From positions 2,293,289-2,325,288 of the forward strand of contig NC_014378.1 of the NCBI RefSeq assembly GCF_000144695.1: DNA of 32,000 nt. Reading direction: 5' to 3'. The notes under the pieces are model-generated. The model was not told where the DNA came from. It saw only the letters and a program-made list of their open reading frames with translations, and made no database searches. The translations under genes were made by a program, and so were the position numbers. This document shows, one piece after another, positions 1 to 8,676 of this stretch. Each line of letters opens with the position of its first letter. Position 1 is the stretch's first letter. This DNA comes from Acetohalobium arabaticum DSM 5501. GTDB taxonomy: Bacteria; Bacillota; Halanaerobiia; Halobacteroidales; Acetohalobiaceae.

Positions 1-210
1 TCTATCGCCTGTCATTCGTCCCTGGCTGCTGTTAACCTCTACATTTCCAGTAGCCACTATACTCTTCTTTTCCAGTATCATTTCATCTGCCAGAATCTCC
101 ATCTCTCCGCCAGCCTCTTTAGCCTCCTTAGCCCCAGCTAAAGAGGTTACAGTGATAACTGCTAAACTAAACAGTACTATAGGTAATAATTTACTCTTCT
201 CTAGCAGCAT
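1..210 (-). CDS. lptA: LptA-like periplasmic LPS-transport protein, first 70 codons only (gene runs off the window start)
   Basis: Absent from the ORF track because it is truncated. My translation from ATG at 210 is MLLEKSKLLPIVLFSLAVITVTSLAGAKEAKEAGGEMEILADEMILEKKSIVATGNVEVNSSQGRMTGDR. This is a signal peptide followed by the start of an OstA/LptA-type beta-jellyroll (ADxM...ATGNVEV...G). It overlaps the lptC stop by 20 nt and follows lptC, the canonical order. Confidence 0.6.
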   Translation of the reverse strand, partial: MLLEKSKLLPIVLFSLAVITVTSLAGAKEAKEAGGEMEILADEMILEKKSIVATGNVEVNSSQGRMTGDR

Positions 211-805
211 TAATCTCACCTGCCTTCGGCTTATACTGAGCTGCTCTCACATTTCCTGTAACATGTAACTTATTCAGATCTACTTTAGCTGTAAAGCGCT
301 CTCCTGTAATCTTAACTTCCTGCTGGTAATGGATAATAACTATACTGCCCTTACCAATCCAGCGGTTCTCTTTCTGATCCCACCGTAAAGTATCAGCTTT
401 AATCTCAACCTTATCATTTTGAACCTCGACCGGACCTTCAAACTCCAATCTACCTTTCTGCGGCCAGTAATATCCCTGCGGCGCCGTCAGAGTAGCCTGT
501 AAGTCTGTAGCACCGCCCTGTTTATCGTAAGCCTTAATCACTACCTGTTGTAGATTAAGTTCAGATTCACTGCTGGACTGAGACAGTCTGTCTGCTATTA
601 ACTTTAATTCAGTACTTCCTTCATCACTACTTACATTAATTTCTACTCTGCTGGCCTCTCGTTGGGGTACCTGCTCTTCTGTCTGTTCCTGCTGCGAAGA
701 AGGGGAGGGTGGGCTGTCTGTACCGTCGTCAGCAGCTAATCCCCAATAAATACCGCCGGTAATAAGTATTAAACTAAGAATTAAGCCTAACCACCGCTTA
801 TTCAC
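191..805 (-). CDS. lptC: LptC-like inner-membrane-anchored LPS transport protein
   Basis: 204 aa with an N-terminal TM anchor (WLGLILSLILITGGIYWGL), a Ser/Pro/Gln/Glu-rich linker and a beta-rich C-terminal domain of LptC/OstA type. GTG start is preceded by GGAGGGGGAG. It lies directly upstream of, and overlapping, the lptA-like gene. Confidence 0.65.
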   Translation of the reverse strand: MNKRWLGLILSLILITGGIYWGLAADDGTDSPPSPSSQQEQTEEQVPQREASRVEINVSSDEGSTELKLIADRLSQSSSESELNLQQVVIKAYDKQGGATDLQATLTAPQGYYWPQKGRLEFEGPVEVQNDKVEIKADTLRWDQKENRWIGKGSIVIIHYQQEVKITGERFTAKVDLNKLHVTGNVRAAQYKPKAGEINAAREE

Positions 806-828
806 ACTTACTCCCCCTCCAAGCCGAA

Positions 829-1707
829 TTACTCAATATCAGGTGATCCTTTCCAGCGGTCATGCATCCACATCCACTGGGCTGGATATTTACGGATCAT
901 CTCTTCTAAACCATTATATAGATCGGACATAATCTCCTTTTTCTCAGCGTCGGTAATATTATCCGGTACCTCAACCGGCTCCTTAGCAATAATCTTATAT
1001 CCTCTATCCTCTCTGCGGAGGATATAAATCGGAATAACTACTGAATTAGTCCTGGCCGCTAACTCCACCGTTCCCAGCCGGGTTAAAGCTTTACAGCCGA
1101 ACAACTCCACATAATGCTCGGCATGGCGCGACTTCTGATCACCTAAAACAAATAAACCTTCTCCCCGCTTTAAAGCCCGGTAAGCCTGTTTGATTACCAG
1201 TCCTTTATTGGGAAAAATATTGATGCCCTTACTCTCTCTTGTCGCCAGAATATCTTCATTGATCAATTCATTACTCTGATCTCTAGCCAGAGCATTAATC
1301 GGAAACCCCTGCAAAGCCAGCGCTGCTCCCATAACCTCCCAGTTACCAAAATGCCCCGTAAAGAGAACAAAGCCTCTATCATCCTGCTGGGCCTGCTTTA
1401 GATACTTAAGACCCTCAATTTCAATAAATTCATCTATATTCTCTTCAGTTAATTGGCCCAGACGCAGAAATTCAATCAGAACCATACCTAAATGTTGAAA
1501 GTTAGCCCTGACCAGTTTGTTAACTTTCGAATCATCAATATCCAAAGCCAGCTGGAGATTCTTTCTGGCCAGCTGCCGCCGTTTAGGCAGGATCCAGTAA
1601 GCTAAATCACCAAATCGCTTGCCAATCTGATAAGCAATAGCTTCAGGTAGTATATTAACTAGCAGTCCCAATAATCTATATAATAAATAAAGAATAAAAT
1701 CCCCCAT
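829..1707 (-). CDS. lpxL: Lipid A late (secondary) acyltransferase, LpxL/HtrB/MsbB family
   Basis: 292 aa with an N-terminal hydrophobic anchor and the family catalytic motif HFGNWE (HX4D/E). Sits between kdsC and lptC. Acyl-chain specificity cannot be read from the sequence. Confidence 0.75.
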   Translation of the reverse strand: MGDFILYLLYRLLGLLVNILPEAIAYQIGKRFGDLAYWILPKRRQLARKNLQLALDIDDSKVNKLVRANFQHLGMVLIEFLRLGQLTEENIDEFIEIEGLKYLKQAQQDDRGFVLFTGHFGNWEVMGAALALQGFPINALARDQSNELINEDILATRESKGINIFPNKGLVIKQAYRALKRGEGLFVLGDQKSRHAEHYVELFGCKALTRLGTVELAARTNSVVIPIYILRREDRGYKIIAKEPVEVPDNITDAEKKEIMSDLYNGLEEMIRKYPAQWMWMHDRWKGSPDIE

Positions 1708-1721
1708 CTACTTCAGCCCCT

Positions 1722-2258
1722 TTATGATTCCAATAGCTCAGTCCAGACTCCCTGCAGCTTCAAGACCAGTTCAATAGCCTCTCTTATAGCTCCAGCTCCG
1801 CCTAAACTTTCAGTTATATAATCCGCTTCCTCTTTAACCTCAGCTACCCCATTGGCTACTGTCAGTGACAGACCTACCCGACTTAAAATAGATAAATCCG
1901 TCAGATCATCGCCAATATAGGCAGCTTCATCCAGACTTAAACCATGCTTGTCAAGCAGTTCTTCCAGAACAGCCGCTTTATCAGCAATCCCCTGATAGAC
2001 ATCACCAATATCCAGCTCCTCAGCCCGGCGGGTAACAGCCTGCGAACTCCGCCCCGTAATAATAGCCGTCTTAATCCCCGCCCGCTGAGCCAACTTAATA
2101 CCAGCTCCATCCTGCACATGAAAGAACTTCAACTCCTGACCGCCCTCACCCAAAATAATCCGGCCGTCAGTCAAAACACCATCCACATCCATAATGAACA
2201 GCTTTATTCTTTCAGCCTTCGCTTTCAGATTATCTTTAGTTATCTCTTTCTGTGACAT
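1722..2258 (-). CDS. kdsC: 3-deoxy-D-manno-octulosonate 8-phosphate phosphatase (HAD superfamily)
   Basis: 178 aa with HAD motif I DVDGVLTDG and a later GDDLTD. Size and kdsD/kdsA/kdsB context fit KdsC. Confidence 0.85.
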   Translation of the reverse strand: MSQKEITKDNLKAKAERIKLFIMDVDGVLTDGRIILGEGGQELKFFHVQDGAGIKLAQRAGIKTAIITGRSSQAVTRRAEELDIGDVYQGIADKAAVLEELLDKHGLSLDEAAYIGDDLTDLSILSRVGLSLTVANGVAEVKEEADYITESLGGAGAIREAIELVLKLQGVWTELLES

Positions 2259-2279
2259 GACTTCTACATCCTCCCGCTT

Positions 2280-2308
2280 ATCATAAAGATATTTCTGAGC
2301 ATAGTCAA
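2280..2308 (-). promoter_or_regulatory. Candidate sigma70-type promoter upstream of kdsC (TTGACT-17 nt-TATGAT)
   Basis: On the minus strand, -35 TTGACT is at 2308-2303, the spacer is 17 nt, and -10 TATGAT is at 2285-2280. Caveat: the predicted start (~2273) falls inside the kdsC Shine-Dalgarno GGGAGG (2275-2270), so function is doubtful. The -35 is one of the repeated TAGTCAA half-sites. Confidence 0.3.
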
Positions 2309-2338
2309 TATACTTTTACCACCTGCCATTCACGTCGC
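2301..2338. repeat. Inverted partial copy of the 3' end of the 122-nt element
   Basis: The reverse complement GCGACGTGAATGGCAGGTGGTAAAAGTATATTGACTAT aligns with element 3' ends: ...CGAACGAATGGCAAGCGTAAGAGATTTGTTGACTAT (16338-16369) and ...CCGAATGAGTGGCAAGCAGAAGAGGTATATTGACTT (2528-2562). Confidence 0.6.
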
Positions 2339-2386
2339 TTAAATCATTTAAGCAATCTGTCTCAGAAAATATTTCTTATTAACATA

Positions 2387-2413
2387 GTCAACATTTCTCC
2401 GAAGCGACTCTTA
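2387..2413. repeat. Partial copy of the 5' end (27 nt) of the 122-nt element
   Basis: GTCAACATTTCTCCGAAGCGACTCTTA matches GTCAACATTTCTCTGCAGCGACTCTTA (16245-16271) at 25 of 27 positions. Confidence 0.75.
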
Positions 2414-2439
2414 TTGGTGATAACAATCTATTACAGACA

Positions 2440-2561
2440 GTCAATATACCTCTGGCGCGACTCTTAAAAAGAACTTGGAGCCATGGACGGCGGAAAGTTC
2501 TTTTTTGAGAACGAATGAGGCAGGACGCCGAATGAGTGGCAAGCAGAAGAGGTATATTGAC
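2440..2561. repeat. 122-nt structured intergenic element, copy A (MITE-like or structured-RNA-like)
   Basis: Perfect 14-bp terminal inverted repeat GTCAATATACCTCT (2440-2453) / AGAGGTATATTGAC (2548-2561). Internal perfect 11-bp hairpin 2466-2476 / 2495-2505 with an 18-nt loop. Aligns without gaps to 16245-16366 (93/122 identical). Confidence 0.85.
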
Positions 2562-2577
2562 TTGCCCTGCAATACCT

Positions 2578-3555
2578 TTAAAACACCCCAGCCTTTAATA
2601 AATCCTGGAAATTAACCATCCCTATCGGCTCCTGTTCATCATTGATTACCGGTAAGTCATTAATCTCCTTATCCTGCATGATCTTAACTGCTTCTACTGC
2701 CAGTTTATCAGCTGTAATTGTTACCGGATCAGCTGTCATAACCTGCTTAGCCGGCAGCTGTAATAAGTCAGGAGACTCCTCTAACTTACGCCTGACATCG
2801 CCGTCAGTGATGACTCCTACTAATTTACCGGCCTCATTAACGATATTGGCTGCTCCCATCTGGGTTGAAGTCATAGTAAATAGCGTCTTCTTTAGCGGCT
2901 GATCCTGGGTAACAATTGGATTCCTCTCCCTAACATGCATTACATCTTCTACTTTCAATAATAGCCGCTTACCTAAACTACCGCCTGGATGGTAGAGGGC
3001 AAAGTCTTCCGGTTCAAAGCCTCTAGACTCCAGTAAGGCTATGGCCAAAGCATCTCCTAAAGCTAAAGTCGCCGTCGTACTGGCTGTCGGAGCTAAATCT
3101 AACGGACAGGCCTCCTGCTCAACACTGGTATCCAGGAAATAATCAGCATTCTCAGCTAAAGTAGAATCAATATTACCCGTTAGAGCAATAATCCGAGCCC
3201 CGATTCTTTTAATCACCGGCAGAATCTGAATAACCTCCGTGGTCTCACCGCTGTTGGATAGAGCAATTACTATATCTTTAGCCGTTACCATTCCCAGATC
3301 ACCGTGGACTGCTTCGCCGGGATGTAAAAAGAAGGACGGCGTACCGGTACTGGAAAAGGTAGCCGCCAGCTTTTTAGCTATTAGGCCAGACTTACCCATG
3401 CCGGTCATTACTACCCGACCGGAACAGTTTAGAATCACCTCAACTAATTCTACAAAGGTTCCGTTGATAGAATCGCTTAAATTTTCAATAGCTTCCTTTT
3501 CAATATCCAGTACCCGCTTGGCCTGGGACTTAATCTGGTCAGCATCCAGTTCCAT
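2578..3555 (-). CDS. kdsD: Arabinose-5-phosphate isomerase (SIS domain plus tandem CBS domains)
   Basis: 325 aa with the GMGKSG loop of the SIS domain and a C-terminal CBS pair. Adjacent to kdsA. Confidence 0.85.
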   Translation of the reverse strand: MELDADQIKSQAKRVLDIEKEAIENLSDSINGTFVELVEVILNCSGRVVMTGMGKSGLIAKKLAATFSSTGTPSFFLHPGEAVHGDLGMVTAKDIVIALSNSGETTEVIQILPVIKRIGARIIALTGNIDSTLAENADYFLDTSVEQEACPLDLAPTASTTATLALGDALAIALLESRGFEPEDFALYHPGGSLGKRLLLKVEDVMHVRERNPIVTQDQPLKKTLFTMTSTQMGAANIVNEAGKLVGVITDGDVRRKLEESPDLLQLPAKQVMTADPVTITADKLAVEAVKIMQDKEINDLPVINDEQEPIGMVNFQDLLKAGVF

Positions 3556-3558
3556 TGA

Positions 3559-4386
3559 TTAATCCTCCTTGACAATCTCATCTATTGCTTGAATCTTGCG
3601 TAAGATATCCTCTAAATCATCTAATCTAACCATATTTGGTCCATCACAGAGAGCCTCTTCCGGCCGGTCATGAACCTCCATAAATAAGGCATCAATACCT
3701 GCGCCGGCTGCAGCTCGCGCTAAATGAGGTACATACTCCCGCTCACCGCCGGATCTATCTCCAGCACCTCCTGGCAGCTGTACGCTGTGAGTTGCATCAA
3801 AGACTACCGGATAGCCGGTCTCTCTCATTCTCGGCAGAGAACGCATATCCACAACTAAGTTATTATAGCCAAAAGAAGCACCCCGTTCAGTCAATAAGAT
3901 ACGCTGATTATTGGTACTTTCAATCTTTTCTACCACCTGTTCTATATCCCAGGGCGCTAGAAACTGTCCCTTCTTGACATTAACCACTCTTCCAGTAGCT
4001 CCTACTGCTGTTACTAGATCCGTCTGACGAGAAAGAAAAGCCGGAATCTGCATAATATCAAGTACATCGGCTGCATACTCGGCTTCTTCAGCCGTATGCA
4101 CATCAGATAGGACCGGAAGATCAAACTCTCTCTTTACCTTTTCTAATATCTTCAGCCCTTCTTCTAGGCCGGGCCCGCGGTAGGAATCAATCGAAGACCG
4201 ATTGGCCTTATCATAGGATGATTTGAAGACATAAGGAATTCCTAACCGGTCAGTAATCTCCTTAATTCCCTCAGCTACCTTAAGCGACCGCTCTTCACTT
4301 TCTATTGCACAGGGGCCAGCCAGTAAAACAAAAGGACGCTGATTACCGAATTTAATCTCTTCATTGAGTACAACTTCCTTAACCAT
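3559..4386 (-). CDS. kdsA: 2-dehydro-3-deoxyphosphooctonate aldolase (KDO8P synthase)
   Basis: 275 aa with AGPCAIES and [12 protein letters not shown] motifs characteristic of KdsA. Confidence 0.9.
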   Translation of the reverse strand: MVKEVVLNEEIKFGNQRPFVLLAGPCAIESEERSLKVAEGIKEITDRLGIPYVFKSSYDKANRSSIDSYRGPGLEEGLKILEKVKREFDLPVLSDVHTAEEAEYAADVLDIMQIPAFLSRQTDLVTAVGATGRVVNVKKGQFLAPWDIEQVVEKIESTNNQRILLTERGASFGYNNLVVDMRSLPRMRETGYPVVFDATHSVQLPGGAGDRSGGEREYVPHLARAAAGAGIDALFMEVHDRPEEALCDGPNMVRLDDLEDILRKIQAIDEIVKED

Positions 4387-5125
4387 TCTCTATCTCCTCC
4401 ATTACGTTTCTTACTCTCTTCAGATCTTCCTCAGTATCTACTCCTATCGAAGCATGCTCCGTCTCCACTACCTTAATTCGATAACCATTCTCCAAAGCCC
4501 TCAGCTGTTCTAGTGATTCTGCCTGCTCTAGAGGAGTAGCCTCCAGCTTAGCAAACTTAAGCAGAAAGCTCTTCTGATAAGCATATAATCCAATATGTTT
4601 ATAAAACTTACTGTCAGTCTCCTGATTCCTAAGATACGGAATTGGCGACCGAGAAAAATAGAGAGCATAGCCCTCCTTATCAGTAACTACTTTAACTAGA
4701 TCCGGATTATTAACTTCTTCCTGATCCTTAATCTCTTGTTTAAGCGTAGACATCACTAAAGTTGAGTCCACTAACAAAGGATAGACAAGTTCTTCAATCA
4801 TAGCCGGACTGATCAGCGGCTCATCACCCTGAATATTGACAATGATATCTGCCTCTATTCTCCGGGCTGCTTCTGCCAGGCGGTCAGTACCTGTCTTATG
4901 TTCGGTTGACGTCATTACTGCCTCACCGCCGAAGTTCTCAACTCTTTCTTTAATCCGTTCATCATCTGTCGCTACAATCACTCTATCAAAGACTTCAGCT
5001 TCAGCTGCTCGCTTATAAACATGTTGGATCATAGGCTCCCCACAGATATCAAGCAATGGTTTCCCCGGCAGGCGCGTTGAACCATAGCGGGCCGGAATAA
5101 TTCCTACTACCTGTTTGCTTTCCAT
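4379..5125 (-). CDS. kdsB: 3-deoxy-manno-octulosonate cytidylyltransferase (CMP-Kdo synthetase)
   Basis: 248 aa with N-terminal [16 protein letters not shown] and VNIQGDEP motifs. Overlaps kdsA by 8 nt. Confidence 0.9.
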   Translation of the reverse strand: MESKQVVGIIPARYGSTRLPGKPLLDICGEPMIQHVYKRAAEAEVFDRVIVATDDERIKERVENFGGEAVMTSTEHKTGTDRLAEAARRIEADIIVNIQGDEPLISPAMIEELVYPLLVDSTLVMSTLKQEIKDQEEVNNPDLVKVVTDKEGYALYFSRSPIPYLRNQETDSKFYKHIGLYAYQKSFLLKFAKLEATPLEQAESLEQLRALENGYRIKVVETEHASIGVDTEEDLKRVRNVMEEIENG

Positions 5126-6267
5126 TCTGTTCCCTCCAGTTTCAATAATAGACTCTCCAGTTCAAATTCTTCAGTTAATACCTCCAGCTCAATTCCTAAT
5201 ACCTTAAGCTCTATCTCCTGATTTGTAATCTTTTCCTTTACCTGCGGCGGCATGCTGACAGCATCCTTTTCAGTAGTTATTATCAGGTCAACCTCTTGTT
5301 GGGCAGCCGAAGAGAAAATATTCAGAATTTCTTCTTCAGTATACTGGTGATGATCTTCAAACCTTACTTTCTTAACTACCTCAGCTCCTAGACTCTCCAA
5401 TGTCTCTTCAAAGGATTGAGGATTGCCTATTCCTGATAAAGCCATCACCTGCTTGCCCGTCAGATCAAGATTCTTATCGGCTTGCTCTTTCTCTGCTAAA
5501 GACCGCAGATATGATGGAGCATGGATAGTCTCAAAGACTAAAGCAGTAGCATTATACTCCTTTAACTTAGACTTGATCTCCTCTAATCGGTCTTTAGAGA
5601 CTTGATCAACCTTAGTTAAAAAAAAGACATCTCCTCTGGCTAAACTAGTAAGCGGCTCCCGCAGAGTCCCCCGCGGCATCAAACGACCGTTGGCAAAGGG
5701 ATTAGTAGCATCGACTACTACTATATCCAGGTCCCGCTCTAGAGACCAGTGCTGAAAACCGTCATCCAGAATTACAATCTCAGCCCCGAGCTCACTATGG
5801 GCATACTCCCCGGTAACAGCCCGTCTGCTGCCTATAACCACCGGTACTTCCGGTAGGCTCTCAGCTAATAGATAGGCTTCATCGCCGGCTTCAGTCGCAT
5901 CCATCTTAACTCTTCTTCCATCTGAAACTACACCTATCCTGCCGTCAAAATCAGCTTTATAGCCCCGATTTAGAATAGCCGTCTGTAGACCGCGTTCTTT
6001 AAATCTACAGGCCAGAAACTGGGCAACCGGCGTCTTACCGGTACCGCCGGCAGTTATATTACCGATGCTAATAACAGTAGAGTCCAGTTCAGTGCTGTCG
6101 ATAATTCCTGACTCATACAGCTTACTTCTTATTTTGAGTATTAACTTAAAGATATTGGACAGAAAAGAACAGATTATAAGCACTATTCTGGCTATAAATC
6201 CTTGTTTATGGCCGCGAATAACTGCCAATAAATACTCTTCCAGGCTTCGATTCATATTATACTCCAT
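5107..6267 (-). CDS. lpxK: Tetraacyldisaccharide 4'-kinase
   Basis: 386 aa with an N-terminal membrane helix, P-loop [12 protein letters not shown] and a TTEKDAV motif. Overlaps kdsB by 19 nt. Confidence 0.85.
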   Translation of the reverse strand: MEYNMNRSLEEYLLAVIRGHKQGFIARIVLIICSFLSNIFKLILKIRSKLYESGIIDSTELDSTVISIGNITAGGTGKTPVAQFLACRFKERGLQTAILNRGYKADFDGRIGVVSDGRRVKMDATEAGDEAYLLAESLPEVPVVIGSRRAVTGEYAHSELGAEIVILDDGFQHWSLERDLDIVVVDATNPFANGRLMPRGTLREPLTSLARGDVFFLTKVDQVSKDRLEEIKSKLKEYNATALVFETIHAPSYLRSLAEKEQADKNLDLTGKQVMALSGIGNPQSFEETLESLGAEVVKKVRFEDHHQYTEEEILNIFSSAAQQEVDLIITTEKDAVSMPPQVKEKITNQEIELKVLGIELEVLTEEFELESLLLKLEGTEWKANR

Positions 6268-6273
6268 CCCATT

Positions 6274-6921
6274 TTAATTTAATAATTCTTCTGCCTCTCT
6301 AAAAGCAGCCTGCAGGCTATCATCCACTTCTTCGCGCTTAGCTTCCAGTTCAGCCCCATCAGCCTCACTGCTTACCTCGATTGGATCTCCTAAACATAAA
6401 CTACCCCGGGTAAAGGGATAAGGAAGATTAAAGCAGTCCCAGCTATTAATTACTTTCTTATTGTTAAAGGCTACTCCTACCGGAATAATTACACTATTGC
6501 TGCTCTTTTTGGCCAGATAAACAGTGCCTAATTTAGTCTCATGGCGCGGACCGCGCGGACCATCAGGAGTAATAGCCACATCTTCTCCCTGCCGCAGCAG
6601 CTTAACCAGCTTAAGCAAGGCCCTGACACTGCCGCGGGAAGTAGAGCCGCGGACTACATTCCAGCCCAGTTTCTTCAACACCCGGCTGATATATTCGCCG
6701 TCTCTGCTGCGGCTGGCTAATCCATAATAACCCCGACGCCGAAAGTGATAAATGGGTACTAACATCTTACCGTGCCAGAAAACAAAGATCAACTTCTTAC
6801 CCTGCTCCTTTAGCCGCTTAATCTTCTCTTCCCCGGTCACCTGCAGACGTAAGGTTAGATTAGTTACTACCACCAAAATTAACGCCGCCAGATAAACCAG
6901 ATAAGTCTTAATCCGCTTCAT
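6274..6921 (-). CDS. DUF374-type (lysophospholipid-acyltransferase-like) membrane protein of unknown function
   Basis: 215 aa with a single N-terminal TM and the ITPDGPRGP motif I associate with DUF374. Sits between msbA and lpxK, where a Kdo transferase is often found. Confidence 0.55.
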   Translation of the reverse strand: MKRIKTYLVYLAALILVVVTNLTLRLQVTGEEKIKRLKEQGKKLIFVFWHGKMLVPIYHFRRRGYYGLASRSRDGEYISRVLKKLGWNVVRGSTSRGSVRALLKLVKLLRQGEDVAITPDGPRGPRHETKLGTVYLAKKSSNSVIIPVGVAFNNKKVINSWDCFNLPYPFTRGSLCLGDPIEVSSEADGAELEAKREEVDDSLQAAFREAEELLN

Positions 6922-6939
6922 GGTGAATCCTCCAGTGAT

Positions 6940-8676
6940 CTAATCATTAAACTGCATCTTATATAGATGGCTGTATAAGCCTTTCTGAGCCAATAACTCC
7001 TCATGGGTACCCTGTTCTGCAATCTCTCCTTCATCTAAAACTACTATCTTATCAGCATTTAAGACGGTAGATAATCTATGAGCAATGACAAAGGTTGTTC
7101 GCTCCTCCATTAATCGATCCAGAGCTTCCTGAACTAAGGCTTCCGATTCAGTATCGAGATCAGAAGTAGCCTCATCAAGAATCAATATCTTAGGATCATT
7201 CAAGATAGCCCGGGCAATAGAAACTCTCTGCCGCTGGCCCCCGGACAAGCCGGTTCCCCGTTCGCCGATCTGGGTATCATAGCCGTCAGGAAATTCCATA
7301 ATAAACTCGTGGGCATTGGCTGCCTTAGCTGCCTTAATAATCTCTTCTTGCTCCTTATCTATACCGCCGTAAGCAATATTATCACCGATACTTCCGCCGA
7401 AGAGAATATTCTCCTGGGGAACAATTCCGATCTTGCTGCGCAGTGATTTAATAGTTAAATCTTTAATATCATATCCATCCAAGAGTACTTCACCGCTCTG
7501 TGGTTCATAGAATCTTGGAATTAAATCAACTAAAGTTGATTTTCCAGCACCGCTGGGACCGACTAATGCTACTACTTCCCCCGGATTAGCTGTTAGATTA
7601 ATTCCTTTTAATACCATCTCATCTTCATCATAGCTAAACCAGACATCTTTAAACTCCACTTTCCCCTCGGCACTTTCAAGTTCGATAGCATCCTCTTTCT
7701 CCTCAATATCAATTTCCAGATCAATAATCTCAAAGATTCTATCGGCTGCTGCTAAGGCCTTTTGAATAGTACTTGATAATTTGCTAAGCGACTTAATCGG
7801 ACCAGAAATAGTAATTAACAGCGTAAAGAAGGCCAGTAATTCCCCTGGAGTCAGCAGTCCTTTCATCACCTGATAGCCTCCATACCAGAGAACAAAAGTA
7901 AAAATAAAAGATGCCAGAATCTCTACAATCGGAGTTAAACTGGCACTTAACTGTGTATTCTTCATATTGGCCCGAAAGTTAGCATGATTCTGTTCACTAA
8001 ATCTATCATATTCATAGTCTTCCTGAGTAAAGGACTTAACTATTCTAACGCCAGTAATTGTCTCCTGGAGTATATCCGTAACATCTGCAATTCTAGCCTG
8101 TACCCTGCGGCTGACCTCTCTTATCCGCCGGTTATATTTGATAAATACATAGGTTACAATCGGAAAAATAATCAACACTGCCAGAGAAAGCTGCCAGCTT
8201 AGATAGAATAAATAACCTAGACCAGCAATTAATGTAACTGATTTATAGAAGAGGCTTACAGCTCCAGAAACAATAGCACTCTGCAGCTTTCCTACATCAT
8301 TGGTCACCCGCGACATAATCTGGCCTGTCTTCATCTCATCATAAAAACCTAACGAAAGGTTCTGCAAGTGGCAGTAAAGATCATTTCGAATATCCATAAT
8401 AGCCCGCTGGGCCACATAGGAAGTTAGATACTTCTGTCCATAGTAAGCAACTCCCTTAAAGAAATAGACTACAACAATTCCTACTGCTACCCAGCTTAAC
8501 TTTACAAATCCTTCTCCGCTGTTGGAGATATTATTGATCATAGTATCAATTAAGTCTTGAAATCCTTTAATGAAAAGAAGAGTCATCAGGGAATGGAGAA
8601 CCATTGATACTACCGCTGCTGCTAACCGCCTGCGGTAAGGCTTAACATAGGCTAATATTCGCTTAACTAATTCCAA
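6940..8676 (-). CDS. msbA: Lipid A/LPS flippase-type ABC exporter (fused TMD-NBD)
   Basis: 578 aa with a six-helix exporter TMD. The NBD has Walker A GPSGAGKST, signature LSGGQRQR and Walker B ILILDEATS. Located between lpxB and lpxK. Confidence 0.8.
   Translation of the reverse strand: MELVKRILAYVKPYRRRLAAAVVSMVLHSLMTLLFIKGFQDLIDTMINNISNSGEGFVKLSWVAVGIVVVYFFKGVAYYGQKYLTSYVAQRAIMDIRNDLYCHLQNLSLGFYDEMKTGQIMSRVTNDVGKLQSAIVSGAVSLFYKSVTLIAGLGYLFYLSWQLSLAVLIIFPIVTYVFIKYNRRIREVSRRVQARIADVTDILQETITGVRIVKSFTQEDYEYDRFSEQNHANFRANMKNTQLSASLTPIVEILASFIFTFVLWYGGYQVMKGLLTPGELLAFFTLLITISGPIKSLSKLSSTIQKALAAADRIFEIIDLEIDIEEKEDAIELESAEGKVEFKDVWFSYDEDEMVLKGINLTANPGEVVALVGPSGAGKSTLVDLIPRFYEPQSGEVLLDGYDIKDLTIKSLRSKIGIVPQENILFGGSIGDNIAYGGIDKEQEEIIKAAKAANAHEFIMEFPDGYDTQIGERGTGLSGGQRQRVSIARAILNDPKILILDEATSDLDTESEALVQEALDRLMEERTTFVIAHRLSTVLNADKIVVLDEGEIAEQGTHEELLAQKGLYSHLYKMQFND

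Noticed and set aside
2461-2509. The inner hairpin of the element read as a bidirectional intrinsic terminator, because it has A/T runs on both sides.
   Set aside because: The T-runs are themselves part of the stem, the stem is AT-rich, and the loop is 18 nt, unlike the compact GC-rich terminators at 16426-16460 and 26658-26694. It cannot be excluded without Term-seq, so it is not annotated as a terminator.
2483-2518. An 11-codon mini-ORF conserved in position in both 122-nt elements. MDGGKFFFENE is at 2483-2518 and MDDGESVFENE at 16288-16323, with the same length and the same TGA.
   Set aside because: There is no usable Shine-Dalgarno spacing, and the ORF is on the plus strand, opposite to all transcription units. 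The residues that differ (KFF versus ESV) are encoded by the 3' arm of the hairpin. Those changes are exactly compensated in the 5' arm outside the ORF, so nucleic-acid structure explains the conservation better than a peptide does. Ribosome profiling could reopen this.
2259-2577. Repeated motifs in the two long intergenic regions considered as a CRISPR array.
   Set aside because: The repeats are few, occur in mixed orientation, have irregular spacing and are imperfect. There is no repeat-spacer periodicity and there are no cas genes nearby.
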